This document shows positions 1 through 13,125 of a stretch of 64,000 nt of DNA, piece by piece (positions within the stretch are counted from its first letter, which is position 1; each line of letters begins with the position of its first letter). Source of the DNA: Octopus sinensis. Taxonomy: Eukaryota. A program made the translations under genes and the position numbers. Under the pieces are notes generated by a model. That model made no database searches. It was not told the origin of the DNA and worked only from the letters and a program-made list of their open reading frames with translations. The DNA lies in NCBI RefSeq assembly GCF_006345805.1, contig NC_043009.1, positions 65,720,001 through 65,784,000 on the forward strand, written 5' to 3'.

Positions 1-236
1 GGCACGGATTCTAAAGTTTCTGTCTTGCCAAACCGCTAAGTTACGGTGATGTAAAGACAGCAACAATGTTTGTCAAGCGATGGTAGGGATAATCGGAGAC
101 ACAGAGACACGCGCACCCATACATATATACATATATGTATGGGTGTATATATGTATGGGTGTATGCGGCTATAGAAGAAGGCATTTGCCTTGGAACCATG
201 TATTTGAGAAGCAAACTTCTTTCTACGCAGCCACCT
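1..236 (-). mobile_element. Degraded tRNA-derived SINE, family A (runs off window start)
   Basis: Contains CCGCTAAGTTACGG, an internal TA/TG microsatellite and GGAACCATGT...GCAGCCAC, all matching the reverse complement of the clean copy at 17900-18304. Confidence 0.75.
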
Positions 237-564
237 TTCAGTGTCTTAAATGTGTGTGTGTGTGCGTATGTGTATAATTAAAGGTTACAAACCTCATTAA
301 GGGTTAATAAAATCCTATAAAAGTACTTGTTAGTTACCTATGTAAAGAATGTCGAACATTACAGATAATATTCAACCGTAAGGTAAATATATAAACCGTG
401 CTTTATACATATGAGTATTTATTACAATAAGATGAGAAAATAGAGAGATAATTAATAAATTATTATATATTAATTAAAAAATTGACAAACATCCTTATAT
501 ACAAACCTACATATACGTATGTGTTTTTGTTTATACATACATGTGTGTGTGAATTTTTGTGTTT

Positions 565-760
565 GTGTTATGATTGTAAACCACCGTTTAACAACTGGTG
601 TTGGTTTGTAATCCTCTTCGTAACTTAGCAGATCGACAAAAGACCGATGGACTAAATGTCAGACTTAAAGATAATAAGTAATGGAGTCGGTTTATTCGAG
701 TAACCCCTTCAAGGCGGCGCCTCAACATGGCGTCAGTCGAATGAGTGAAACAAATGAACG
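565..760 (+). mobile_element. SINE family A, 3' half, old copy
   Basis: CGTAACTTAGCAG...AAGGCGGCGCCTCAACATGGCGTCAGTC...TGAAAC resembles the 3' half and tail of family A. Confidence 0.65.
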
Positions 761-849
761 ATGAAAGATAAATGACATTAAACAGAAATGGGTAAAAAGA
801 AACAAGTGTGGCACGAACATGAACAACGAATAAATACAGGTGTATCAAA

Positions 850-1350
850 TACCAAACAACATAAATTCTTTCTTTTTTTAAAGTATCTCCAAAGGCTGTG
901 TCACAGTCATCAAAGGACAATTAAGACCAACTGCACAAGAGAATCAAAACTTGTCCAAAGTTGACAGCTATTTATGAAAACCACAGGCTTATCATCTGGA
1001 TGCAAGAAGATAGTCATGCACACGTGTTTCAGCCTCAGGAAGCGTCATCAGCACTACAAATGTCTCTAACCTATCTCCACTAGCCAAAGAACATAGATAT
1101 ATACAAAAAGAGAAGGACATTATTACACGTTTATGATCTCGATAATTAAACAGAACTTGAAATAGCATTAGATTAAAACAATGTATAACATTATTGGTGA
1201 CCATACTGAAATGTAAAATGGTGCTAGAAGTCATTTGCGATAAAAACACAACTCGCACAGAATGTTCTTAGCGAACCGTTAGATAGTGTTTCGACTTCAT
1301 TTTGTCTCTTCAGTGATGAATACCCACGAATATTCTAAGGGAACTGAAAG
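850..1350 (+). mobile_element. Penelope-like element remnant (GIY-YIG C-terminus plus pLTR-like end)
   Basis: Broken frames give KTCPKL, SSGCKK...SLRKRHQH and RYIQKEKDIITRL*SR*LNRT, resembling PLE GIY-YIG ends. A GTTTCGAC...GTCTCTTCAG hammerhead-complement motif follows at 1288-1313. Confidence 0.4.
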
Positions 1351-1798
1351 AATGTTGGTTCCGTATAGAAATTAGTAAGCAAAACGTTTGCTAGTGTATC
1401 TAGTTTGCAAGATTCTTTATGTGAATTCGTGTGTTGAAACCAATTTTGTTATGTATAGGGAGACGAAGAAAGAGGTTTGACAAACAAAAACAAAACAAAT
1501 GACTTCCTACTTAACCAAATTAAACAAACGATCGATTAGCTAGTTGGATGTTTAACCAATTGACTAATAATAAAGGAGTGGAATTGAACCTGTGCGTGTG
1601 TTAATAATATTAGCATAATGACCCTCTCTAAATGTTTGCTAAATGTTTTGCGAAAGCTAACCAGGCTTAAATACAGCTTTAGATTGGAATAATGAAACAG
1701 CATTAGATTGGAATAACGATGTGTATAATATTTATAATAAATACACAAACATTAGAACGGCACTTAACACCCGGTAATTATTATTATTATCATTATTA

Positions 1799-1939
1799 TT
1801 AGGTTGTCCCAAAAGTTCGTAAACACTTGCGAAAATTGAATTTTTACTCGCCAAGTACTAACAAAAACAACAAAAATTATTCCTCAAAATAAAGACCATT
1901 ATTTTCCAAGACTTTCTACGAACTTTTGGGACAACCTTA
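1799..1939 (-). mobile_element. Internally deleted mariner (MITE)
   Basis: TIRs TTAGGTTGTCCCAAAAGTTCGTA and TACGAACTTTTGGGACAACCTTA, TA flanks. The interior reads VLENNGLYFEE* on the minus strand, like a mariner transposase C-terminus. Confidence 0.85.
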
Positions 1940-2454
1940 TATTATTATTATTATTATTATTATATCACATTTGCTTTCTCACATGGAAGAATTCGCAACT
2001 TTATTTTGAGAAATAGGAGCTAGATAATCTTGAAATCGCATCGGTCAAATAGCGTCTGTCAATAAAGATGTAGAAAAACAGAAAGGCCAAATGGAACGGT
2101 TATAGCAATCTTCCTTCCCCACCCCTCTCTCCTTCTCAGGAGAATAGAGAGAGAATAACAGAATAGAGAGAGAATAAGAGAGACGCATGCTCAGTGAAAC
2201 AAATACCGAAAGAGACATAGTGATAGAGCTGGAGGGAGGGGGTTCGGATAAAATATGCTGAGGCACTTTGTTAAGTCACTTTATAATTTAAAATCAAATC
2301 CCACCTATGTCGACTTTATATTTTCTGCCTCCGATCTTAATTGTTTATCCGGTTGATATCATTTAACATTCCCTGGTACATTGCACCAATACAGGGGTAT
2401 CACATCCCTTTTAGACCTGGAGCCAAAAATTGTTCTTAGTATGGGTATAAGGCC

Positions 2455-2635
2455 AAGTATTTGTGAAGGAGATTAACTGACACCATAGATCCTTGTACTT
2501 GATTGGCAATTTAATTCATCGACCCCTAATGATTGAAAGTGAAGACTGACTTCGATTGGATCTGAACTTAGAACGTAAATGGCCAGAACAAAGACTGCAA
2601 ACATTTTTTCTGGTACTCTAACGATTCTGTCAACC
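2455..2635 (-). mobile_element. SINE family B, degraded
   Basis: ATCGACCCC...GAACTTAGAACGT...CTAACGATTCTG matches the reverse complement of 27768-27998. Confidence 0.65.
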
Positions 2636-3749
2636 AAAGAATTACAATTTTCTTTTTAGATTATCACCATTATCTTCAAAATTATTGAATTAAAATTTCA
2701 GCTGTGGCAGAGTACAGCATATGTAATACGATACAAAAGTGATCATAATTTAATATACGTTGAGAGGATTTCTGGTTGCCAGTTGAAAAATCTTCACAAA
2801 GTTTTCTTATATAAAACAATGTAATACTGAACATTTGATATTTCTTCTGTATTTACAAACAAAAATAAGGTTTATTTGTTCTGCTCTGAGATATAACTCA
2901 CTCTACCTAAACGATTAGGGCCCATTTAACCCTACTCCACGCGCTGTGGTTATATGAAGCTAATAACAACCTAATGGCTAACAAAGAAATCATTAAATGT
3001 TCGTTTAGTTTTGGTCGACCGCCATTATCTATTAGCTGTCGTCTGCTTAAACATTTCTTTTGTTTATTTCACTCTTTGGATTCATTAAATAATCCTTTTT
3101 TGTTTGTTTGTTTGTGACAGAGGGGTTCTCCTGTTTGTATTTTGCTTTGTTTGTTTTCTTTTACACATCTATCTCCCATTTAACTCTTGTCTAACACAAA
3201 TTGTCGTCGTCCTTTTCGTTTTGGATGAGTTGTTAAGTACGTTGTCGACGTCGTCAGTATTGTTCTTGTCGCTATTGTTTTGCTTGTATCTCCTCAACAC
3301 ACTCACACACGGGCGCGAACGGATTATAAGCAAAGTGAATCTTGCCGGACGTCGCCTTTCACTTTCATATCTCTCTAGCGTTGGTCGGTAACATTAACAC
3401 CAGAAACACAATGTGCTCGGCTGTGATCTTCACCTAACCTGTGATATTATTATTAATATCATTATCATTGCTACAATAAAACCAACAAGCAAAGCCATTA
3501 GAGCATGAAACAAGATGCCTTACTGCATGTAGTCACGTTCGTTTGTCTTTGTATTTGCATTTCAAATTTCACCGAAGCCAATCTTCATTTTCATTCTTCT
3601 GGGGGTCGATAAAATAAGTTGAAGTCATTTTGGTGAAGTTATAATCGACTGTAACTTCCACCTGAAACGTGTGATATTATACTAATTATCAAAGTCCTTG
3701 TGCCAAACTTTGAAATCTTTATAATCATAACCATCATCATTATTGTTAT

Positions 3750-4305
3750 TGAGTGAGAGAGCAGTGCATACGATCAAAGTGACACTGGGGTAAAATATAC
3801 AAAGCCCAATATACCCATCACGACTACCCGTCTGATGAGGGTACACCAGGCACATGCATCACAATCATATGTGCGCGATATAGTGGTCTCATATCGAGAT
3901 AAACAGCACGTGGTCTTGTAGGTGGAGCCCAGTTAGTATTTTCTCCAGGTCGAGTAGGCCACTCCGCTCAAAAGGTCCCTGAATGAGGGTTGCTTAAGGA
4001 TGATGAACAAAACACCCATGTTTCCGGGGACGAATTATCCAAACCCCAAAGAATTCCTCTCAACACATGGCTATGATGCTCCCCCACTACTTCTGCTCGT
4101 GATCAGAGATGCACATATCGTCAGCCACCAAGGGACATGCTCAACTGGTTAAGGTCAAGCAACTGACAAGTTAATCTGTAGTATTGAGCAGAATATTTGC
4201 TGTAGCCCATTTTTTTATACCAAGACAAAACCATGTATATGATATCACTCCCAGATCAGTTAAAATCAGAAGCCATGGCAGCCACTGCCTGGTACTGCAA
4301 TTATT
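3750..4305 (-). mobile_element. ~560-bp non-coding retroposon-like repeat bounded by (TAA)n; second partial copy at 42590-42920
   Basis: Shared blocks between the two copies include CCGCTCAAAAGGTCCC, ACACATGGCTATGAT and GTATTGAGCAGAATATTTGCTGTAGCCCAT. The 4305 and 42920 ends both abut TTA repeats. Confidence 0.7.
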
Positions 4306-4696
4306 ATTTAAGACGTCGCGTTGTTGATAAAGATATTGTCTACTGGGGTTTTGTACTGACTGTCAAGTCACAAGGACCCCAGACAGACAGTACTTCGCGC
4401 AATATGCATGCAGTTCCATGTAATGCCGACTTTTTGCTGGATATTTCTAAAGCTTCCAGATGTTTCTTCAAGTTGGGTTGTATTGAAGCCAATGCTCAAT
4501 GATAGTAGGGACAATCTTTATGTTCGACTCTCGTAGCTGCTACATCTTGGCGATCTCAATTCTCAGGCTCTATAGTATCTCTCTATTTAATTCATTGTTT
4601 GTAATTTGCATCATACCTATATTCATGTGATATTCAACTGACGTAGACAGACATACAGATAGATAGATACGTAAATACATACATACATGCAAATTA

Positions 4697-6320
4697 ATGA
4701 AACTTTATGGCAACTCTTCACACCGAGCTCTTGAGGGAAAGCTAATCACTTTAAAATATGAACTCAGGACGATGAGCGAGAAACTCCGCTTTCGCAAGCG
4801 AATTTTTGAGCGAGCCAGTATCAATCGCAAGTTTGCTTCCAACCCACAAGAATTATACACAGAGATGAGGGAAGAAAATATTACCATTAAGAAATCTCTT
4901 TCCCAAGAAAATCTACGATTATTCTGGTCAAAAATTTGGAACGAAAAGAGGGATTTCAACTTGAATGCATCATGGTTAAATACAATTGAGAGAGAATACT
5001 GTACCAACACTAACAAGTAAAACGTACAAAACTGATGCAGTAGGCAAACTGCAGAATGGGGAGGCACCGGGAAGAGACCTAATAGTCGGATATTGGTACA
5101 AGAAGCTGACATTTTATAGAAACCAATTGATATGTATGTTCAAAAGGACTTTGGAAGGTCAGACTGATATACCAAATTGCTACAGCAGGGACAAATCTTG
5201 TTGCCAAAAATGAAATCACCGAGATGACAGGAAACTACAAGCCCATTGCTTGCCTATACATTATGCACAATCTGTACACAAGTTGCCTCAACCAATTCCT
5301 CCAGGACCATTGTGAGTCGAACAATATTGTGACTGATGGACAGGCTGGTGGAAAGTAGGGAGTGTGGAGATGTGCCGAACAACTTTTAATAAACAAAGCT
5401 GTACTGTTTGAAGTAAGATAACAACGCAGAAACCTTGTGACGGTATGGCTTAACTATAAGAAGGCATTTGACTCTATCCCTCATTTATGGCTGTCGAAGT
5501 GCCTACATCTGGCAGAGGTACATACTACCTTAATTGCTGCTATAGAGAGAATCACAGAGACATGGACAACAATACTTATCCTTTCAACTGAGAATGGAAT
5601 AATCGCTTCTGATAGTATAGGCATTTCAAAGGGAATATTCCAGGAAGATAGTCTTTCATTTTGGCACTGAATCCATTATCGTTCCAACTGCAGAAAAGGA
5701 TCTTCAGCTGCTAGAAATATCACTGTAACTCATAATTTCTTTGTAGACGACCTGAAGTCGTCTTTTATGCTAAAAGTGTTAACAATGCCCAAAAAACAAC
5801 TGAAATTAATAACGTTTTCAGCATCAACGGTCTCTCTCTATTTTCCCCATTCCACATAAAAAATGTTACAAGTACCTAGGCATAGACGAAAGTGTTTCGT
5901 ATAAAGGTACTGTGAATAAAGATAGTGACCCGAGAACATTACATCAGACTTAGGAGAATATGGCAGTCGGAACTCTCCTATTTCAACAACACAATATCCC
6001 ACAATGCATTTGCAGTGCCAGTACTGATCCCAACATTTCGGATACTTGATTGGTTTCATACCAATAATAATTGGAGCACAAGGTTTTGTTAGTAAATGCT
6101 TAAAGGAGAATTCGGGTAAACTGAGATTTTCAGAAAGAGAAACTGACCGGATAGTTCGTACATTACAAGTGCCATCTGTCAGTGGAACAGTAAAAATATG
6201 CAAGACTTTCCACAAGTTCCGAATGGGAATTTCTCTGTGTTAACTACATCCGAAAGATGGTGTCTTGTATCTTTGTTGCAAACCGGGTCCCTCCTCAATG
6301 GAAGATTTATAATAATTAAA
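4697..6320 (+). mobile_element. Dong/R4-clade non-LTR retrotransposon, decayed RT with internal deletion to the C-terminus
   Basis: Motifs FWSKIW, EAPGRDLIVGYWYKKL, NYKPIACL, WLNYKKAFDSIPH, GIFQEDSLS, FFVDDLK, CYKYLGIDE, NAFAVPVL, then IPIIIGAQG...GTVKICKTF. Multiple frameshifts and stops. Confidence 0.88.
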
Positions 6321-6404
6321 ATATGGAAGAGACATGCATACATAACAAATTTGAAAGCTTCATAAGTGCTAACGCACGAAATTCTCCCACCTTGAGTCGT
6401 ACTG

Positions 6405-6408
6405 TTGC

Positions 6409-6468
<60 letters not shown>

Positions 6469-6501
6469 GTGTGTGTGTGTGTATATGTGTGTGTATATAT
6501 A

Positions 6502-6532
<31 letters not shown>

Positions 6533-6561
6533 GTGTGTGTGTGTGTATGTGTGTATATATA

Positions 6562-6592
<31 letters not shown>

Positions 6593-6738
6593 GTGTGTGT
6601 ATCTATGTATGCATGTATTTATACAAATGATAGTGGGTGGGCAGGAAAAGAAGCCGCAAAATATTCTCCACCGATACTCGCTGACACACACACACACACC
6701 TGTCCTACCTCTCATTCCCCACGCCACCCACGCGAACG

Positions 6739-6779
<41 letters not shown>

Positions 6780-6780
6780 C
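6405..6780. repeat. Compound (TG/TA) and (CA)n microsatellites
   Basis: Directly visible dinucleotide runs. Confidence 0.95.
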
Positions 6781-6937
6781 AAATGAACAACGACTGAAGA
6801 GTCTAAGGTTCGAAGAACAGCGATTAATGGTGGTGGGGTGAGGGAGAACAGTTAACTAAAGTTCACGGTTCAGTGAATCAGTTATGCTTACTTTAGCTTA
6901 ACTTCGCTTACCTGCCGCTACCTTCGTGGGGTCGTTC

Positions 6938-6971
<34 letters not shown>

Positions 6972-7139
6972 GCTTACTGTCGCCGACCACACCATCTTCG
7001 TTTCGGAGCCAAGATGGATTTTTGTCAGTCACCGCGTGCCAGCTGACATATTGGTCACAACAGTTCGTTTTGCTCTGAAGGATCTCTCAGTGCGCCTTCT
7101 GTATGTAGCGGGATGAGCCAATATGTATGTTTGTGTGTG

Positions 7140-7262
7140 CGCATATATATATATATATATATATATTACACACATATAGATAGATATGTATACGCTTGTT
7201 CATTAAATTTTTCTGTATATATATAAAAATGCGTTCACAAACACATACACACATACGTATAT

Positions 7263-7311
<49 letters not shown>

Positions 7312-7439
7312 CACACATACACATGTATATATATATATGCACGTGTATATGTATATATATATATATACATGTATATATATATATATATATACACACACAT
7401 GTATATATTTATATATATATATAATATATATATACACAC

Positions 7440-7478
<39 letters not shown>

Positions 7479-7487
7479 TGTATATAT

Positions 7488-7584
<97 letters not shown>

Positions 7585-7609
7585 TACATATATATATATA
7601 TACACACGC

Positions 7610-7666
<57 letters not shown>

Positions 7667-7690
7667 CATATATACACATACATTTATATG
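7140..7690. repeat. Long compound (TA)n/(CA)n microsatellite
   Basis: About 500 bp of interrupted TA/CA dinucleotides. Confidence 0.95.
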
Positions 7691-8116
7691 TCTGTGCGCG
7701 CGCCTATGATATATACGCTTGCCTGTATGCGTGTATTTGCAGGCGGATAATCTACAATACACAGATTAAGTCGTAGTTTCAACGTAATTAACTAGTGTAC
7801 TTCTAAAAAAAAAAAAACAAGACAAAACAGTAAAAAAGAAAGCAATAAAAAGTAAGTCAACAAATGGTGTTACCCCATTCTTTGGGTCAACAACAGCGGA
7901 GCGATATAAATTACTAATATTTGTCTAATATCGCAAATGTTTGCCTAGGAACAAAATTGTTAGGCTAGTGTTTGCAATCGGATTTGTGTGCTTTTTGTAC
8001 CGTCTGAGCTTGCGTTGGGATCTGTGTGTGTGTTTTGGTGAGCGTGTGCGCGTTTGTATTAATGTATGAATGTTCGGGCTTCTGTAATATCAACGTTTGT
8101 TTTATTGTGTGTGTAT

Positions 8117-8153
<37 letters not shown>

Positions 8154-8220
8154 CCTGGTGAATGCGTATCTCTGTCTATGAATATAATGTTGAATAATTA
8201 CCTTTTAATATCTGTGTGTT

Positions 8221-8617
8221 TTATGTGTGTGTGTCTGTGTATATGTTCGATTGTGTGTGTGTGTGTGTCTGTGTATATGTTCGATTGTGTGTGTGTGTGT
8301 GTCTGTGTATATGTTCGATTGTGTTTGTGTATGTGTGTGTCTGTGTATATGTTCGATTGTGTGTGTGTGTGTCTCTGTATATGTTTGATTGTGTGTGTAT
8401 GTGTGTGTCTGTGTATATGTTCGATTGTGTGTGTGTGTGTCTGTGTATATGTTTGATTGTGTGTGTGTATGTGTGTATGTGTATATGTTCGATTGTGTGT
8501 GTGTATGTGTGTGTCTGTGTATATGTTCGATTGTGTGTGTGTGTGTCTCTGTATATGTTTGATTGTGTGTGTATGTGTGTGTTTGTGTATATGTTCGATT
8601 GTGTGTGTGTGTGTGTA
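8221..8617. repeat. Minisatellite: 11 units of (GT)n + CTGTGTATATGTTYGATT
   Basis: Constant core ATATGTT(C/T)GATT recurs every ~32-38 bp. Confidence 0.9.
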
Positions 8618-8989
8618 TCGCGTGTCTGAGTGTGTGTATGTTCTTAATCATGAATGTGTATGAATATGCGCCTGTTTGTTTCTGCATGTGTGTTTCTATG
8701 TATATATGTATGGATGGATGGATGTGCGCGTGAGTGTGTGTATGCTTGTGTAAGATATTCGTTTACACTTCATGAATACCACACAAACAACATGTCAATA
8801 ATAGGTATGTGTATTGGATATGCCTCAATATACCTATTAGATTCGTGTCTCTGTATGTTATATGATAGATACAACATTGGTATTTTGATATCAATTACAA
8901 CAGAAACATTACAACAAACAACGAAATGACTCTCTTGATTTTCATTTCCACAAATGGTGTGCTTTATATGCATACAGGCATTCAAACAT

Positions 8990-9036
<47 letters not shown>

Positions 9037-9045
9037 ATATATATA

Positions 9046-9084
<39 letters not shown>

Positions 9085-9091
9085 TAATCCA

Positions 9092-9293
9092 AACATGAAC
9101 AAAGAGAAAATACAACAACGCGAGGGCGTTGAACAAGTATAGTGTTATTGGACGCTCAGGAAAGGAAAGAAAGAGGGGGTATTTAACGTTTCGAGCGGAG
9201 CTCTTCGTCAGAAACATAGTAAAAGGAAAGGTCCAAGGAAGGGGAGACGGAGAAAGAAAATCGCCAACGATACACACGCGGTCACATATTGAA

Positions 9294-9295
<2 letters not shown>
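9092..9295 (-). mobile_element. Penelope-like terminal (pLTR) fragment between TA microsatellites
   Basis: Carries a hammerhead core and TTCCTGAGCGT; related to 16137-16330, which lies in the opposite orientation. Confidence 0.6.
9180..9216 (-). ncRNA. Minimal type I hammerhead ribozyme motif
   Basis: Minus strand UGUUU-CUGACGA-A-GAGC-UCC-GCUC-GAAAC-GUU-AAAUA: complete core, stem II GAGC/GCUC, palindromic ACGU stem III and a 5-bp stem I with one G-U pair. Confidence 0.65.
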
Positions 9296-9351
<56 letters not shown>

Positions 9352-9670
9352 AACAAATAAACAAACGATCGTTCTCTTCTTCTCACAATGAAATTCTCAT
9401 TGTTTAAAATATCCGGGCTCGGTACAATGAGGATACTAGTGTCAGCAATTATGTATACTAAATAAACAGTATGAACAACGCAGGAGCGATTTGGTAAATT
9501 CCCTGCACGCCTTTAAAAAGAATAAATGTTCTGAAAGGCAAACAGCTTCCAAAACGCCTGGTGCTGCCCTCTACATGCTATATATATTTCTTTAAGGAGG
9601 TTTCTTCTTAGAAATTATTACTCTGATCTATAATCGGGGTAACATACTTACCTATCAGGCGGTTTTTAAG

Positions 9671-10626
9671 CTAGCTTCTGTGGAGCGCTCTTCGTTGGGC
9701 CTTAGGCCCAACAATGACACTTCATACATTGAGTACATATCAAATTTTATTAAACTTGACCAATATTTTTCAAACAATGAACAATTTTCATTAAAACAAT
9801 GATATAATTTGTCTATTTGGAACTTATTGCAAAGCTGCATGATAAACAGCACATTTTGTCTTCCCATTCGGGGTCCGTACAAATAGCTTGTTTCCATTCC
9901 CTACCCTTGAACAATCAGCATATAGGTGGCCGTAGGCAACAATAAACTTACTCTTTAAAAGTTCAATGATAATTCTTCTGCCGCCACCTAATTTAAAGGC
10001 AATTCGATGTACGTAGGACCTTTCTTTTCGTACAAACAATTATTTGTAGTAGTTGGTACGTATCTAAACTCCTGTCGCTAATCACTATTTCAAAGTGCGA
10101 TTTTTATGGTTGGGAATTGCTCTAAACGTATTTTACCATAAAGAGATTTGAAATTTAGTATTTTTTAAGGTAATAATAAAATTAGTCGAATCTATTTTCA
10201 TGCAGTCGGAGTGCGCTAAGTTTCCATAGCTCCGACGGCATGAAAATAGGTCCGACAGATTTTATTTATATCTGAAAAAAGACTAAGTTTCCAACATTCT
10301 TGTAGTAGAGAATTATGAGAGGTAATATTATATGAGAGAGTGAGTTCAGTACGTATTTGAGTTCCGAATATTATGAAGCACGAGGTACGGTTAAATTACT
10401 TGATACAGTTATAATATTTAGAGAAAAATTTTTTCAAAATGTTTATTTTGGAAATTACTTTTGGAAATAGTTATAATATTTAAAGAAATATTTTTTCAAA
10501 ATGCTAGGATTAAGAAAAAGTCAAGAATGAAAAAGAGTCATTGAATAGAGAGAGAGAGAGGGTGGGAGGAGTAAAGTTGAAAAAGTGTGACACACTGACA
10601 TTCGCTTTCGCATTTTATATTATAGA
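9671..10626 (-). mobile_element. Internally deleted Helitron carrying the helicase C-terminus
   Basis: 5' end A|TCTATAATATAAAA at 10626. ORF 9824-10039 ends GHLYADCSRVG...LFVRTPNGKTKCAVYHAALQ*, like a Helitron PIF1 helicase C-terminus. An 8-bp hairpin lies at 9694-9712 and CTAG at 9674-9671. Confidence 0.75.
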
Positions 10627-10975
10627 TGATGGTAATCATTTCTACATATACGTCTAGAAAGGAAATAGTGTGGAAGATGTTTGACCATATGTTTACTTGA
10701 TCAGGTCTGATCAGCAGTTAATAATAGCAACAAGATTAATTCAGGTGAGACAGAGACAGAGACGGAGAGAGAACCAACGCAGTTGTTTAACTTGCAAGAA
10801 ATCTCACTACCCAAACCATACCACGCCATTTGAAAAAAATGCAAGGCACTTAAGATAAGACTGTTCCAGAGATATTATGTTTAAAAGAAAATTGGTTCGG
10901 TCACAGCTGAAGCGTCTTCTATCATAGCATTGCACAATTAGGGATGCCAATTAGATTAACAACAGCAATAGCAGT

Positions 10976-11351
10976 GGAGGCGCAATGGCCCAATAGTTGG
11001 GGCAGCGGACTCGCGGTCGGAGGATCGCGGTTTCGATTCCCAGACCGGGCGTTGTGTGTGTTTATTGAGCGAAAACACCTAAAGCTCCACGAGGCTCAGG
11101 CAGGGTGTGGTGGCGACCCCTGTTGTACTCTTTCGCTCCAACTTTCTCTCACTCTTTCTTCCTGTTTCTTGTCCCCGACTTCCTACGCAACTGCTGAACC
11201 TGGATGCGCATTCATCCATCCGTCGATGCTCTCGGTGTCGCGGGCTGGCCTGCTTTTTCTTCTGCGGGTCTTATGAATAGCAAAGGACCACGTTTCGGAC
11301 TTCTCCCACTAATGGGACGAAGACCGCTTCGCTCAACAAACAAACAAATAA
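10976..11351 (+). mobile_element. tRNA-derived SINE, family C
   Basis: A box TGGCCCAATAG, B box GGTTTCGATTCCC, (CAAA)n tail, and a 10-bp TSD CAATAGCA(G/A)T at 10966-10975 and 11352-11361. Confidence 0.8.
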
Positions 11352-12170
11352 CAATAGCAATCAAGCAATTCGTAAAGCCGAAGCTTATCTGACTTTCAGA
11401 ACTGAACTGAATCTATCTTCGCCATTTCTCCCTGTAAGTTATATCAAAGGATTAATAATATGAATCTGTTGGCGAATTTCTATGTCTCGACTACAGTAAA
11501 GTATCCGAAGCTTTCTCGTCAAAAAGCGATCGAAAATTGGCATTTAATAAAAAATGAAAGGCTAGTGAAAATCGAAGCAGTCCTTATATTGGACATAAAT
11601 CAATAAATCAATGTGATGCTAATAAAACTTCCTACCTTTCAACGTGGAGAAAGAAAGGTAGTGTTTATTTCAGCAGGATTTGAACTCAGACCACGAAATG
11701 ATGGAACAAATAGCCCAAAGCATTCTACCCCGATAGTTTATCGACTATATCGACTATATAAACCCAGCGAACATCCACCATGGGTCATCACATTTGCTTA
11801 AGGTAAAAATGAATTCCTCGCTCTTTCGGAAACATCAATCTTCTGTATTGACCGCTTTCCACCACTTTGATCTGTTTTTTGTATTGAATACGTATCGCCA
11901 CCGTGGGCCACTGCATCGAACACTTTGAACATATACTTCAAACTATATATCAACTATACATGAACTATATATCAACTATACATGAACTCTAAGATGTCTG
12001 ACTCCGTTGTGTATTATAAATGAATTTCTTGTGTTTGACGGCATGAGCTGTCTTTTTTTATATATAACTTTTTTGATAAAGTTCATTTCAGGAACTGAAA
12101 CATGTTATAATGTATATATATAAAAATAAAAAATTGTATAATACAGCAGCATTTTCGAACTTCATTTTTT

Positions 12171-12271
<101 letters not shown>

Positions 12272-12371
12272 TTATATTATGTGTGTGTGCGCGTATGTAT
12301 ATATATATATATATGTAACTATACATATATATATGTCCACACACAAACATGCATATATATATGTACCTATA

Positions 12372-12406
<35 letters not shown>

Positions 12407-12764
12407 CTATCTATATATATGTATGTATGACGTGTGTGTGTGTGTTGTGTGGACGGCGTCACGCACAGTCAGGCAAACAAACAAACTAAAAGCAAAGATA
12501 AATATTGATTAATAATTATTGAGTGTAGTAATTAAGTATTTATCAGCTGATTCAGTAGTTGTGATAACCTTAGTAGTACGAAAATGTTTTTTATCGGATA
12601 GACATATATTACAGCGATCAAAGACAGACATTTGGGAGGACGTAACCGAAGACACTGGAGATGGCTTCCAAAGTAAATACATGTCATATAAAGCCACTCT
12701 CTACATTATCGCTGATACGGTCTTAAATCCAAATGACGCCATCTTTAAAATTTTTTTTATATTC

Positions 12765-13054
12765 ATTAGTTTCAGTCAATTCACTGCAGCCAAGCTGGGA
12801 CATCGCTTTTAGTCGAACAAATCGAACCCGGGATTTATTATTTTTGAGTCTGGTACTTATTCTGATTATGTCGGTCTCTTTTGCCGAACCGCTAAGTTAC
12901 AGGGACGTAAATCGGCCAACACCGTCGTCAATATTGGCGGTGGGGAAGCCTCAAACGCAAACACAGACACATAAATGTATTAAAAAAACTCTTCAAGGCG
13001 GTGCTCCAGCATGGCCGCAGTCAAATGATTGAAACAATATAAAATATAAAAGAA

Positions 13055-13125
<71 letters not shown>

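Noticed and set aside
8221-8617. Repeat-spacer appearance resembling a CRISPR array
   Set aside because: The spacers are just (GT)n, there are no cas genes, and the context is eukaryotic.
10976-11060. tRNA-like sequences (also at 17900, 20571, 27768, 53470 and 61780)
   Set aside because: They have A/B boxes but no complete cloverleaf, and they continue into SINE bodies.
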